From contig NC_134034.1 in NCBI RefSeq assembly GCF_964204645.1, positions 1,240,001 through 1,304,000 on the forward strand: 64,000 nucleotides of DNA. Reading direction: 5' to 3'. Shown here piece after piece: positions 1-13,034 of the stretch. The position numbers were made by a program, and so were the translations under genes. A model generated the notes under the pieces. The model ran no database searches, was not told the DNA's origin, and worked only from the letters and a program-made list of their open reading frames with translations. Numbering within the stretch: position 1 is the first letter of the stretch; each line of letters starts with the position of its first letter. The stretch comes from Tubulanus polymorphus (lineage: Eukaryota > Animalia > Nemertea).

Positions 1-70
1 CACACTAGCGACACCTGGTAGATCCTCACTTGCCATAAGTAGAATCCTCTATTGAAGCAGTAGCATCATC
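1..70. repeat. End of a 77-bp satellite array (same family as 41690-42010 and 55985-56300)
   Basis: ctagcgacacctggtagatcctcacttgccataagtagaatcctctattg matches the unit at 41828 onward. Confidence 0.75.
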
Positions 71-136
71 CGAAACCCCATATCAAACCCTGGTTTTTAA
101 CTTTTAACTATTTCGTAATCATTTTATTTTCGATAG

Positions 137-3100
137 AATGCGTCAGTCTGGTAAATACAGCGGTAAAGGAAGTCCGTGGCCGCCGTTCCGTCTGCCGAGG
201 AAACCCCCAGCGGCTCTCGCCGGATTGAACAACATTCTCAACAGTAGAAACCTTCACAGCGTCTTATTCACAATTCTCTACAAGGTAAAACAGAGGAGGG
301 TGGCGCCGTCTACCTGGCGAAATCAGGGAAAATTCAGAGAATAGTCGCGGAAATTAGTTTAGATTGCTCGATTGAAAATAATCAAACAGTAAACGTCGAT
401 GTGTTACGTATTTGACTGTGTTAATTGATCGGATTCTTAGCGGATCAGGAAAAACTGACATGTCGGGGAATAATCAGGGGGAAATCAAAACGGCAAACGA
501 AAATGGCCACCCTGATTGTATCCTCGAAATTGAGATATCTTGATATCCTCAAAACATAGATACCGACGAAAATCAGATACCCTCGACAAAATTCTGATAA
601 CCTCAAAATATAGATCTCCTCGATGTTCATTGCTGTAAGTTTGTTGATGTTGTTTTTGTAGGCATTGACTCAATCGCATATACCAGAGGGTGTTCTGTAT
701 TTGGCGATTTATTTGCTGGAAATAGCGGTGAAGAACGCGCCCCCTACCGCGAATGACGGAACTACTACGCCGTCGTCGTTATCAACGGACGTAAAAGATA
801 GAGTTTTGAGCGATTGGTTCCCGAGCGATTCGATTATTCGTAATATCGGACACACGATCGAGAGCGTGTCGACGCTGGTGATGAAAACAGGGCTGACGGA
901 TTCACAACAGCAGACGGATTTACAGCAGGCGCCATCTACGCAGAATGAATTCACTCAAACAGGTTGGTTGAAATATTGATCATATAATATCTTTTGTGTA
1001 GGGGAGAGGAAGAGAGTGGGATTTGCAGGGACAGAGAGAGAGAGAGAGGGAGAGAGGGAGAGAGGGAGAGATGGAGATGGAGATGGAGAGAGAGAGACAG
1101 AGAGAGGGAGAGAGGGAAGAGAGAGGGAGAGGGAGAGGGAGAGAGAAGGTAGAGGGAGGGAGAGGGAGGGAGGGAGGGAGAGAGGGAGAGGGAGAGGGAG
1201 GGAAGGTAGAGAGAGAAGGTAGAGGGAGAGAGGGAAATGAAGAGGGAGAGAGGGAAGAGAGAGGGAGAGGGAGAGGGAGAGGGAGAGGGAGAGGGAGGGA
1301 GGGAGGGAGGGAGAGGGAGAGAGAGAAGGTAGAGGGAGAGAGGGAAACGAAGAGGGAGAGGGAGATAGGGAGGGATGGACTTCGGTTTTAAAACTACACG
1401 TAGTAGTTCGACATTTCTAATGTTTTTACCCAAATATTTACCAACAACTTTAGGAACTTGGTCGTAATGCTTCTTGAGGAATTTAGATTCATTCGAAATG
1501 TAGAAAATTTTGCTTGATCGTTGTTCTAATTCACGTTAATAATAAAATTTCAGATTCGGCGTCTGCCTCGACTTCGACAGCGGTCACCGCCGCGATGGGA
1601 GCAACGGGCGCGATAGTTCTTCCGACTCTTCCTCAAGACGGGCCTCACTCGACCGCGTTATTCGTTGGAATACCGACTCCCCTTTCCGATTACAACGCCC
1701 TATCAATCATACAACAAGTCATCGACAACGCCGACGATGAGCAGACGGATTTCGAACCGTCGCGCGCGGCGATGCGTCGTCTGCTCGCGCGTAGTTTCAA
1801 CAATCGTCAAGTTCGAATCGACGAGAGTATTCTATCGCTGCTCGTGAAGCTGCACGCGAAACTTTCGGACCGTGGCAGCGCGTACGCGGTCGACCGCGGC
1901 CGTCTGCCGTCGTCGTCTCGCGTCGGTGACGGTGAATTCTTCATCGGGAATCTGTTGGATTCGATCGTGCAGACGGACAACCGGTTGGCTGAACAGGTCG
2001 ACGCGATTTGTAAGAGTTTGATGCCGACCGGCGGTGAGTCCCCGAAGATGGAGGATCAAGAGGAAAGGTAAAGCGGGTTTCATGGTTCTTTGAAGTTTTT
2101 GCCAGATATAAAACCTTGAAAAATGAAACCGCGCCGGTGAAAAATCTCCCTTAAGCCTGAAAGCGATTCATTTTTTCAGACGTCGTAAAGCGCGGGAAAG
2201 ACAACGTAAATTAATGGCTGAAATGGCGTCGAAACAGAAAGCATTCTTGGCCGCTGCCATGGAAACAGAAGGACCAGGTAACAGACGTGACAGACGGGCG
2301 GTCAGCATCGTTCAATTCTTGAGTCGTTATTCGTTACACTTGTTATTTATAGATGGCGTCAGCGGTGACATGGATGCGATGGATGCGGACTCACAACTGG
2401 AACCGGACTCATCCCTGGCTCGTTTTGAGAATACGTACGATTGCGTCATCTGTAGCCAGACGACACCGAGTACGGAAGAGCGCCCTCTAGGACTTGTTAC
2501 TCTCGCGCAGTCAACTAGCGGTCAGTTATCTAATCATGGCTCCTCTCTTAAATCCCCCTATGACATCATAAAATTGTCTACTAGTGATTTGATCTATATA
2601 GACACTTATAGAAAAGATGCCTGCCTCCATAAATCACCCTATGACATCTTCAAATTGTCTACTAGTGATTTGATCTATATAGACACTTTTAGAAAAGATG
2701 TCTGCCTCCATAAATCCCCCTATGACATCACATTTTGTACTAGTGATTTAATCTATAGACAGTTCAAGAAAAAATGTCTGCTTCTGTGAATCACCCTATG
2801 ACATCATCAAATTGTCTAGTGGTGATTTGATCTTTCCAAAAAAGATGTCTACCTCCATAAATCTCCCTATGACATCATCAAATTACGTTTTTGTATATTT
2901 GAATAGTTTTGGGACACAGACGACAGACGCCCGACGCTCAAGTGCTTCCCGTCAACGACAAGATGACGACGTCGTTTTACAGCGCCACCTGTCGCGCGAT
3001 TAACGACAACTGGCGTAAGATGTTGAAGTCGTATTTCGAGGAGCGCTTCGCGTTGTTATCGGTGAATATGGGCTGGGAGGGCGGAGTGAGCGTTCAAACC

Positions 3101-6100
3101 TGCGGACATTATATACATTTAGACTGTTATCGCAGCTATATGCAATCGTTAGTGGTAAGTGTCTGATGCTGGTCGCTTCAGTTTAACCAATAGATAGTTG
3201 ACAAAGAGACAATTGAAAGTCCATTGTTACTATGGTATTTATCCGCCAGTTATCTTTAACAAACTTTTCAGAAACTGCAGCCCCTGTTGTGTGCGGCAAA
3301 TTGACCTATTTTGAATTTTCGCATAAATCTTAGCAAAATTAGCACCTAATTTGTATAATTTATTCAATATTGCATATATTATGCGAATCGGGTCCATTTT
3401 TAGCATACTCGAATTTCTTAATACTTTGCGTCTGCTTAAATTGACATGTACATGTAATATGTCTCTACATGCGCATGTAACTGTTCGACGATGTTGTTTT
3501 TTAGTCGGATGAACATTTGCTGCACATGAATCAAATGTTAGCCGTCGATAAAGGTGAATATCGCTGCCCGGTGTGCCGTAAACTAGCCAACACTATCATA
3601 CCGGTCGCCCCGGATACGAGACACTGCGCGATGTCGAAACAGATTCCAACCGACTCGACGGCTCTCGTCCGCGAACTAGCGCAATTATTGGATAAACGAC
3701 CTTTCACACCGGTAAATACAACATGTCTGCTTCCATAAATCCCCCTATGACATCATCAACTTGTCTACTATTGATTTTTCTACAGACACTTTTATAAGAA
3801 AAGATGTCTGCCTCCATAAATCCCCCTATGACATCATCAAATTGTCTACTATTGATTTGATTTGTAGATACTTCTAGAAAAGATGTCTGCCTCCATAAAT
3901 CCCCCTTTGATGTTGATTTGTTGAAATGCTGAATTTCAGGGTCACAACAGTTTAACGGCTGCGATGGGTAAAGCTATGGAAGACATAAACAACGCCACCT
4001 ATCAAAAGTATAAGAACTACAGCACGACGAATCTTCCGGAAGGCGTTCAGTTGTTCGTTCATTCGGTCGCTCGTAGTAACCTTGAGTTAGAACTGTTAAA
4101 CTGCGGAGGTCGACTCGGTTTACAACAAGAGCAGACGCATCGATCAGCTCTAGGTATGTATTACATCATGGCTGCCTCGAGCCTTAATCACCCTATGACA
4201 TCATCAACATTGTTCTTTAGACGCTTCCAGAAACATGTCTGTTTCCATAAATCCCCCTATGACATCATCAAATGTTACATCATCATTTCTAGTAATCATT
4301 ACTAGTAATTTGATCTAAAGACCCTATTAGACAAGATATCTAAGACCCTATTAGACAAGATATCTTCCTCCATAAATCCCCCTATGACATCACAATTCAT
4401 TGATTCATTTCAGTGCCGCTGATACAGGTTTTGAGTATGCACAGTAAAATACTGACCACTAAACCTCACAGCGATCTGTGGGCTCAAATCACTGGTGTTT
4501 GTTGTCACGTAGAGGAACAAACTTCAAGGTAAACCTCATCGAAAACTTTTAAACATCAGTGTCTTAAGCCGGGCGTAGGTCGACCTTGCGACGCGACGCG
4601 ATCGTCAAGTCGGGGCGTAAGTCGGTTGCGACGTGATTGTCAGCGACTGTGTGCGACTAGTTGCTGCCAGTTGCAAGAGCGCGTAGATCGGTTGCGATGG
4701 TCGCGTCGCGTCGCAGAAAGTAGAACATGTGCGACTCATTGCGACTGGCGTCGCTGGCAGTTGCAAGGTAGGTCGGTTGGTCGTTGCGACGCGATCGTCG
4801 CTGGCGGTCGCAGTGAATCGCGTCGCAGTGAGTCGCAAGCCGTCGCAAGGCCGACCTACGCCCGGCTTTAGTTTTATAAATATTCCATCAGACATAAGCA
4901 TGTTGAACGTTTCGTGGTATTTTTTTTCAGCGTACAAGTTTATCAAAAAGAGGTGCCGTTACTGTTGAAAGATGTGACGGCTTTACTGGTTCAATTACAC
5001 CTAGCCCTTCCACCACTTGTTGAAAAAGGTTTGTGTCTAATGTCTATTTCAACCTGACTTGAGAGCATTCCTGGTGGCCTAGCTCGCTCATTTTTGGTAG
5101 TACATACCTGATAAAGGTCTTAATAGGACCAGAAAGGACAGGCAGTCGAACTTAAACATCATTTTATAATCCATTTGAAACTGTATTGAAGGATATCCAA
5201 AAAGTCTTCACTGAAAGGGGTTAAATGAAGAGAAGTGACTCCATGATTTGAAAGTTTAACAATATGTTTCCATGCCTACGTATCAAACTTCAGTTGGTAG
5301 GCATGGAGACATATTGTTAAACTTTCAAATCATGGAGTCTCTTTTCTCTCATGAACCCTTCTCAATGAAGATGATTTGGATATCCTTCAATACAGTTTTA
5401 AATGGATTAAAAAATGATGATTTAGGTCGACTGCCAATGCATTCTGGTCCTAATACGACTTTCATCAGGTATGTACTATCAAAAACGAGCGAGCTAGGCC
5501 ACCAGGAATGCTCTCAAGTCAGGTTGAAATAGACATTAGGTTTTACTCGATTCCAGAATTATCTAGTGGCGCCATTGTTACGATCAGAATACGCCCGATC
5601 CCTTCCTGTAAAGCATAATTTGTAAACCTGAAGCGGCCAGTAGAGATTGGTCTCCACTGATTCCGGAATTCGGGAATTCTCTTCCGACGTGTTCGTTTCA
5701 ACCAGAATATTCTCTCTACCGGAATAGCATGATCAGTAAGCCTGATAGAAGCAGCTTGAAATCGAACGGTTTTATATTTTGTAGAATATTTCCAGTGTAT
5801 CGTGAAGGTTCTTTATAATGTGTTATACGTTAAAGCATTAGCTGTGATGAGTTGTAAATTCACCGAGGAAGAGCGCGACGCCTGGAGACGCAAAGTGCAA
5901 CAGGTCTGTCGTAAAACAATACATTTCACTTCCCCAGAACTCGTAAACATTCCACTTCCCCTGAGCTCGTAAACATTCCACTTCCCCAGAGCTTGTAAAC
6001 ATTCCGCTTTCCCCAGAACTCGTAAACATTCCACTTCCCCAGAGCTTGTAAACATTCCGCTTTCCCTAGAACTCGTAAACATTCCACTTCCCCAGAGCTT

Positions 6101-8890
6101 GTAAACATTCTGCCTTCCCCAGAGCTTGTAAACATTCCGCCTTCCCCAGAACTCGTAAACATTCCGCCTTCCCCAGAACTCGTAAACATTCCACTTCCCC
6201 AGAACTTGAAAACATTCCACTTCCCCAGAACTCGTAAACATTCCACTTCCCCAGAGCTTGAAAACATTCCACTTCCCCAGAACTCGTAAACATTCCACTA
6301 CCTTAAAACTCGTAAACATTCCGCCTTCCCCAGAACTCGTAAACATTCCACTTCCCCAGAGCTTGTAAACATTCCACTTCCCCAGAACTGCCCCATGTTT
6401 TATGAATGAAGAGCAGCGACATCTAGCGGATATCTGGCAAACTTATGAATATTGGAAGAACAGATTATTACACCCAAAATGCTTGGATGATTGGTTAAAT
6501 GACATGGATGTAAATATACGCTCCAAAAGGATTTCTTATTAAAAGACTTACTTTGTTTTGCGCAGGTGTCGACGCAGACTCTTGAGGGATTGTTGAATCT
6601 GGTTATCGGACAATTCGTTCTAAGTCAACTTTATTCCGATGTAGAAATGAATCAAGATACGCCAGCGGTAAGTGAATTTCACCGCTCGCCGAACGAATCG
6701 TCGAAATTAAGCGGCGGATTGTGCCGTACCTCAGATTTCTCGAACACGTACGTGAGATAATTTCTTATTTCAGATATGTCAGACAGTGTGGTCTCCTCAC
6801 AGCGTCGAGTCCTCGGTTCAGGATTATTGTTTGCCGTTCGTACGGATTGCTAGTTTATTGATGCACCACGTTTACGACGAGGCCCTTCCCGACATACAGG
6901 TTCGCTATTACAAACCTAGCTGCCTTGTGGCTATATTGGAAATTGTACAAATCTGTGAATTTTTATCGTTGCCGTGTGGATATATTTGAAATGATGAAAT
7001 TATTTCAATGATTATCGCACTTGTGGCTTTATTCGAAATCATAAAAAATATGTTATCGCTGCCTTGCGGCTATATTTAAAATCATACCTGTTATTGTTGC
7101 CTTGCTTCGAAATTACAATTATCGGCGTACATTTCAACGCATGAAGAATCATTTTGCAAAAACATTTTTTTGTTCAGAATTCGGATTGTGAATTTGCATT
7201 GTTGTGTAACTATCTGGGTTTGGGCACGACGACGCCTGGCAGCGATCCGCGCCAATTTCAGAGCGCCGCGGCCATCACGTGGTTTACCGATAAACCCCGC
7301 TCGCTGATTCGCACCTGGTGCATCGAATTTACAAACTTTGTCGCTAAGAATGAAATGGTGGCAAGGGTAAGTAGCAGTCCGATTCAGGTTGGCCTCTGAC
7401 CTGGAAAATCTGGCCGAAACGTCAACCCTCAAATACAATCTTTCTGAATTTTTCAATGTTGGCTTCGTAATTGTGGGATTTCTCTCGTCAACTACCGAGA
7501 TGATGTCATGTTCACGTGTTTTCGTCGTTTCTGTTTTCGGTAGAATTTGTTACTGGTGAATCCGGTGTTTTACCCGCCGAGGTTGTACGCGCTGCCGAAC
7601 GAGTACGACGCGATATTCCAGTACTACAGACGTAAAACGTGTTCGACCTGTCTCCAACAGCCGAAAGAACCGGCGCTGTGTCTCGTCTGCGGTCAGCTGC
7701 TGTGTTTCAAGGAGTCGTGCTGTAAATCGCAGGGAATGTACGAATGCGTTCAGGTGAGATTGAAATCGATACGACTCGCTCTAATGCCGGATCTTGGCAA
7801 CAAGAATTTCCTCATCCTCCCCCGGCAGGGATTCGAACCTGATGGCATCGAGATTGCCACGGCACGAAACCCTGCCATAATTGACCGTGCGCGCAGATAC
7901 ATGCGCAGTTCAGATGATGTGATTTTTAGCCAATCAGAAATCCCGTTTTATTTTAGCCCGGGTTTTCCCATTTATAGTTCTTCCTTGAAATTTGCCTCAA
8001 CGATTATACAGCGAGCAATCTGATTGGTGCCGCCAGTTTTCGTTTGGAAAGCTGCGCATGTACCTGCGCACCCGGTCTACTGATGCAGGGGTTCGTGCCG
8101 TGGCTGAGTGTAGCGATGCCATCAGGTTCGAGTCCCTGCAGAGGGAGGATGGAATTTCCGTAGCTATCAATGAATTTCAGAAATATCGAGTAAATAATTT
8201 ATCTTTTCGCGTCGTTTTAGCATTCGATAAATTGCGGAGCCGGAACGGGATTATATCTCGTCGTCAACTCGTCGGTGGTTGTTCTGATTCGCGGAGACCG
8301 CGCGACCTTGTGGGGATCGGTTTATCTCGATGAATACGGAGAAGAGGATAAAGATTTAAAGTGAGCTGATTTAATCGAAGGCCGTCCCTTTCTCTGAGAA
8401 TATCAAATTTTTGGTATTTTAAGATATCCCTAGCTCTAGTGGGTGGTTCAAATACTGTAAACATCGGTGGCATTCCGATTGGAGATATCTCTTTGTTTAG
8501 TGGGTGGCTCCAAGAATATCCATATCACAATATTAGGAGTCATCCCATTCTCTAGTGAGTGGCTCTTAGAATGTACAAATCATTACCTTCAAGACATATT
8601 TCCCAAGTGGGTGGCTCCAAGAATATCCAAATTATGGTATTTAGGAGTCATCTCGGCATCATGAAAACTCTGTTTAGCTGGTTACATTGCTACGTTACTT
8701 ATTGTCTAAAATTCATGATAATTTCGCTGTCAATTACTATCGCGATGATTTCTCTATTTTTTTGCGTTGTAGGCGCGGTAAGCCGCTGTATCTTAGCGAC
8801 GATCGGTACAAACTGTTACAGCAACAATGGATCAACCATTCGTTCGATCACACGTGCAAAAAGTGGATCTGGCATCAGGATCGATTGTAG
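137..8890 (+). CDS. UBR3: E3 ubiquitin-protein ligase UBR3, 3' part (5' end lies outside the window)
   Basis: Exons 137-284, 662-962, 1554-2067, 2180-2277, 2353-2520, 2907-3154, 3505-3711, 3940-4153, 4414-4528, 4931-5028, 5785-5903, 6566-6667, 6774-6899, 7178-7366, 7544-7753, 8221-8360, 8773-8890, all GT-AG. Motifs: RRKARERQRKLMAEMASKQKAF; split RING-H2 (YDCVIC...VQTCGHYIHLDC...GEYRCPVCRKLAN); ALCLVCG, WGSVYLDEYGEED; C-terminus RRGKPLYL...WINHSFDH, typical of UBR3. Confidence 0.93.
296..513. mobile_element. Degenerate MITE with (C)AGGGTGGC / GCCACCCTG termini; related internal sequence at ~40700-40965
   Basis: Short terminal inverted match and internal aaatcagggaa repeats; no clear TSD. Confidence 0.4.
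1000..1376. repeat. GA-rich (GAGAGG)n low-complexity tract in a UBR3 intron
   Basis: Almost pure purine tract; explains ORFs 951-1433, 1016-1222 and 1023-1391. Confidence 0.95.
2545..2885. repeat. ~79-bp intronic satellite array (unit aaatccccctatgacatcatcaaattgtctactagtgatttgatctatagacacttctagaaaagatgtctgcctccat)
   Basis: About 4 tandem units filling the intron between UBR3 exons. Confidence 0.9.
3720..4395. repeat. ~79-bp satellite arrays (3720-3912 and 4170-4395) flanking UBR3 exon 3940-4153
   Basis: Same ccataaatccccctatgacatcatca unit on both sides of the exon. Confidence 0.85.
4567..4867. mobile_element. PIF/Harbinger-type MITE, 301 bp
   Basis: TIR AGCCGGGCGTAGGTCG(A/G)CCTTGCGACG at both ends; TTA direct repeat at 4564-4566 and 4868-4870. 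Confidence 0.85.
5040..5536. mobile_element. Fold-back MITE (~500 bp, whole element palindromic), TA-flanked
   Basis: atgtctatttcaacctgacttgagagcattcctggtggc...gagctaggcccaccaggaatgctctcaagtcaggttgaaatagacat; arms pair over ~230 bp; a similar terminus occurs at ~10602. Confidence 0.85.
5918..6389. repeat. 26-bp minisatellite (acattccacttccccagaactcgtaa), ~18 copies
   Basis: Direct tandem units; produces the repeating ORFs 5813-6346 etc. Confidence 0.95.
7805..8158. mobile_element. Palindromic element with tRNA-like A/B-box motifs in both arms
   Basis: Left aatttcctcatcctcccccggcagggattcgaacctgatggcatcg pairs with right cgatgccatcaggttcgagtccctgcagagggaggatggaattt; inner arms tgcgcgcagatacatgcgcag / ctgcgcatgtacctgcgca. 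Confidence 0.75.
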
Positions 8891-9205
8891 CCACCAGATG
8901 GCGGTTCGAATTAAAGACACAAAGTCATGCTTAAGTCGTCCTAGTTGAGATGATGATTACTATGTTGACAATTGACCTGAATGCTCAGACTAACACTTGC
9001 GTAAATCGGATTGGAAATATGTAGGCTCATAAAATAGAGACGACTTCGGTAGATGTGACAGTTTATCGGAAGATGTTCGTTTGTAAAAGACACTCTTAAA
9101 AAAACACTAAAAAGAACAGAATTCTGCTCCGTTGTCGAGCTGTGTGTAATTTATAAATCATGTTTTGTTTATGAAAATTTGTGATACGCCTCCCAGATAT
9201 AAGTA

Positions 9206-9859
9206 GACCATTCATAAAATATTTACGAGTGACAGGTGATTGGGGAAGGGGGGTTAAAGTGTCTATTACTTGGATTGGCATTACGAGTGGGGGGGGGGGT
9301 AGGCTTGGGATAATGTTTATGACCATTAGGAATCATTTCGTCAAGTCAGGGAATGTGAAATCCGAGTGCTAGTGCATTCTAGTAAATCTCAAAGTTCTGG
9401 TTTTTCCACCATTGCTTTTGTGATATCTTGTCGTTCTGGATCCTCAAATGTTGCGTTAATGTTATCTCAATTGTTCTGGATCTGCAACCATTGATTTCGG
9501 ATCTGTCACCATTGAATCAATGAGATATCTTATAGAATCAATGTTGGCCGTACCGAAATCAATGGTTTTGCGATGTCTATTCTATTTTAAAGTACTGGTT
9601 CTGCAACGATTGCTTTCGAGATATCTTGCAATATAGGATACTCAACTGTTGCCTTTAGGAGATATTTCAATGTTCTGGATCTGTGACCATTGATTCTGGA
9701 TCTGTTAACATTGATTCAATGAGAAATCATATAGAATCAATGTTAACGAAACCCGAATCAATGGTAATTTTTTGTAAGGTCCACAAAAAATGCGTAAATA
9801 GAGGATGAGGGATTAAAGTTAGCAATTTCACGTCCCTAGTCAGTATTTTATGAATGGTC
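9206..9859. mobile_element. MITE with TIR GACCATTCATAAAATA, carrying an inserted two-unit ~200-bp repeat (9395-9765)
   Basis: gaccattcataaaata at 9206 and tattttatgaatggtc ending 9859; the internal repeat recurs at 28030-28405. Confidence 0.65.
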
Positions 9860-10886
9860 ATATAAGGCATGCGGGCTCAGGTATAGTCATTTAGAAGGCT
9901 GTTTATATTTGAAAAATATGAATTTATCATTTGTTGTTAATTAATTAAATTTGCGAGTTTTATTTAGTATCATGTTTAACGATATTAGTCGAAATCTGCA
10001 TGTTTTCGATTTTTTTAAAGTCGTCAATTGTTTCGCTTGTATGCGTACTGCAGGGGTCCGAGATGGCTCATCCTGTGTACGATTCATTCAAAATGAGCGT
10101 TAAGCCTGTGTCTTATAATCCATTGACTTCGTCGACTGCTGTAAATATTTCCACACGAGTTGAGAATCTGGGAACTTGAAGGTTTTTTTCTGAAAAATCT
10201 GTATGATTCACCTAAAAGCCAAAATGATAAGGACTGTATCTGCAAATAACTAGATTCCGTCTAATTTCAAATGTTTCGACCCCTTAAGTTCAATTGTAAC
10301 TACAATTTAAGGAACTGGGTCCTGGACGCTCACGATCGTCTCCAGATCTCTCCAAGTGTTTAGTTACTGGCTGTTAGTTTCCCTCTCACTAATTTCCCCG
10401 ATGTGGTTGTGTAACCTCCTTAACTAAATGATTTACGATTCTGTGATGAATGATTATTATCTGACTATAATTTATTGTGCAAAGAACGTGAGACAGATAT
10501 CTGCTATATAAAATATATGTGTTTAAAGCTGAAAATATATATGACTGAATTTATTTTGTTCTGTCGGTTTCGGTTTTGGAAGATCTGGATACAAATGGTT
10601 TAATGTCCATTTCATTTTGACTTGAGAGCACATCGGTTGACCTTGACCAGTCGTTCGTTCGTTCGTTCGCGCTTCTGTCAAATTTATCTTCAAATTGCAA
10701 CTAGTCCTGCAGTTTTAATCAGATCAATTCCAAATTTGGTATGAATATTCTATGGACCAATACCTACAAAGTTCAGAGCCCTTTTTGGATTTGGCCTCAA
10801 GGGAACACGACAACGAAATTTACTTAAAAAATCTAAACTTATAGATTAATTTAAAAAACAACAACTTATAAATAACTGAATATTCA

Positions 10887-10946
10887 CTTTATCGAAATGA
10901 TGGCTAGTTGTTTTAACGATCTGAGTTGTCATTGGCAGACGTGAAC
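10887..10946 (-). pseudogene. ADA2 exon-8 3' end relic
   Basis: ctttatcgaaatgatggctagttgttttaacgatctgagttgtcattggcagacgtgaa aligns with ADA2 coding sequence at 15256-15315. Confidence 0.8.
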
Positions 10947-11824
10947 TGTGATGAATCCGATACGATTATCATCATACTATAATTTCTTGTTCAAAGTTTC
11001 GAATCTATTTCATTTCCCTTGAAGCTGAGCCATGGACCGGACTGATGCGGTCTGTATTAGGAATCACTTCTCGTCGTGTATATTGACTTGTCTCGCCTAG
11101 GAAAAAACATACATTTATTCTAACCACTGTTTCATCATTAAATTCTCGTGTATAGAACTGAGTCCACCGAGCCGTCAACGCGTCTTAACGTGACCGTTTG
11201 TCGTACGCGCCATGAACTGTTTTGTACCAGAACAATCAAAAACTGACCTATCCGGTCAATCTATAGATTGCGCATGAGTGGTCCGCGAAAGGATTATGTT
11301 AGTTCGTCTCGAGCATGATCAACCAGAGGATAGGAGCTCATAAAATGATGATTACAATATAACAGATCTGCCACGACCACGATTTTGACCTTTAAATACT
11401 AAAAGGGAGCAGACGTGAAAGCTACGTGTGGATACGTATTTCGGAGGCATCGGATTTCCGCTCTCCCGCCCGCCATAAGTTCTCTGAGTTTGATGGTACA
11501 GTAGACTCCACTTAAGTCAGATCTAATCGACTTTAAGATAAGCGTCTTCAACATTTTGTGGTGACTTCAAGATACGAAAGCGTGGTTTTTTTCGTGCAGC
11601 CTTTTAAAAGTCCAGTCGAAAAAGCACATAACTGCAAGACCTCAGTAGCTATCCGCAACTGCCAGAAAATATTCAAATGCTTAAAAATCAAAATAGTTTC
11701 AATGATTTTGGTTCTACGATAACGTGTAACGTTTATTTATTCAATATGAATTCCAAAAATGTTATTAATTGTTGTTTATTTTATCGCGGTCGTTACCACC
11801 AACATCAACTACAATACAGGTTAA

Positions 11825-13034
11825 TTATTGCTTTCCTAAATCTGCTTCTTTCGTTAACATATCATCTTCCAACATCGAGTAGAAAATGTTACATTTTTCC
11901 GAAAGTTGCTTGCGAAGTTTCTCTTTGGCGTAATCTTCAAATTCTTTCATCGATAGACTGCCGTCATTGTCTTCATCTAACTTTTTTTTCATATCGCGCC
12001 CTCGCCTTCCGGTAAAACCCAAGGATGCTATAAAATTCTCTATTTCCTCCTCGCCGTCCAGCGTACCACTTTCGTCGTAATCATACTCAGCGAAGCACTG
12101 TTTCCAATATTCCACGACCCTCTTACTGAAATTGAAATTTATCATATGAAAACATCATCCCACATGCAAACAATTCAACACTCGCGCAAAAACTTTATTT
12201 ACGCAAGCTAGTTAGGCTTTGGGTCACGTCATCAAACGAAAGAATAGAACTTGCTCAATGTAGTTCTTGCAGGAAACCTTATAACGATGATAATGATTGT
12301 AGTTGTAATTAATGATATGTTTTTCTATATCGATTAACAGTTGTCAAAGCTAAACCACCACACTTCCTACCCCGGGACCTAAAACAGGTGACAATATGAA
12401 GTGAAATAAAGTTTTCTTGCATTTGCAATATTTTGTTTATATCGAGTAAGAAATTAAGCATGCTGCTTCATTAGATGTAATTGATTCATCAACAATTTAC
12501 TCATGGTAAAATCGTCATTTTTTATAAACAGTTTAACTTACGTGAACCAGTCTTCCATGTATTCCTCTAGTGACAAACCATCGCCATCGCGATCATACGT
12601 TTCAAATAAATCCTGCAAGTATAAAAGTAAAAACGTTGAAATGTAGCAGATATATTTCACTCAGCAACGTTACTAGCGAAAAATACTTTTATAAAGTGGA
12701 CAGTTTGATGAGCTTATATTGTTTTTTGTGTAATGTATAACTGATCATTTATCGTATTAAGTACAAATTCTTTTTAAATAAACTACTTGATATAGGTATT
12801 TAAAAAAAAAAACATTTCTAAAGTGCTATCACGATCAACTGGAGTAATAATTACCTCGAGATATTTCTTGTTTTCGATCACTTCTGACATTTCCTCTTTT
12901 GAAAGACGTGTATTTCTATCGGAATGTTTGCCGACGAATTTTTCCACGACCTGATTCAGTTGCTGTTTGTACTTTTCGTCGAGTCCATACTCATCGATAA
13001 GTGGCTCGAAAACGTCTCCGTAGTCCATATCCAT
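11825..13034 (-). CDS. EF-hand calcium-binding protein, 183 aa (calmodulin/SCP-like), 3 exons
   Basis: Exons 13034-12855, 12612-12542, 12125-11825 join in frame (552 nt). Loops: DRDGDGLSLEE (one residue short), DYDESGTLDGEE and DEDNDGSLSMKE (canonical), degenerate first hand HSDRNTRLSKEE. Confidence 0.85.

Noticed and set aside
951-1433. Pro/Ser/Leu- and Arg/Glu/Gly-rich ORFs
   Set aside because: GA low-complexity tract inside a UBR3 intron.
5813-6346. Repetitive ORFs in three frames
   Set aside because: 26-bp minisatellite artefact.
11825-13034. Aequorin-type photoprotein
   Set aside because: Size fits, but the pattern of functional hands (first degenerate, second short) differs and I recognise no coelenterazine-binding motif.
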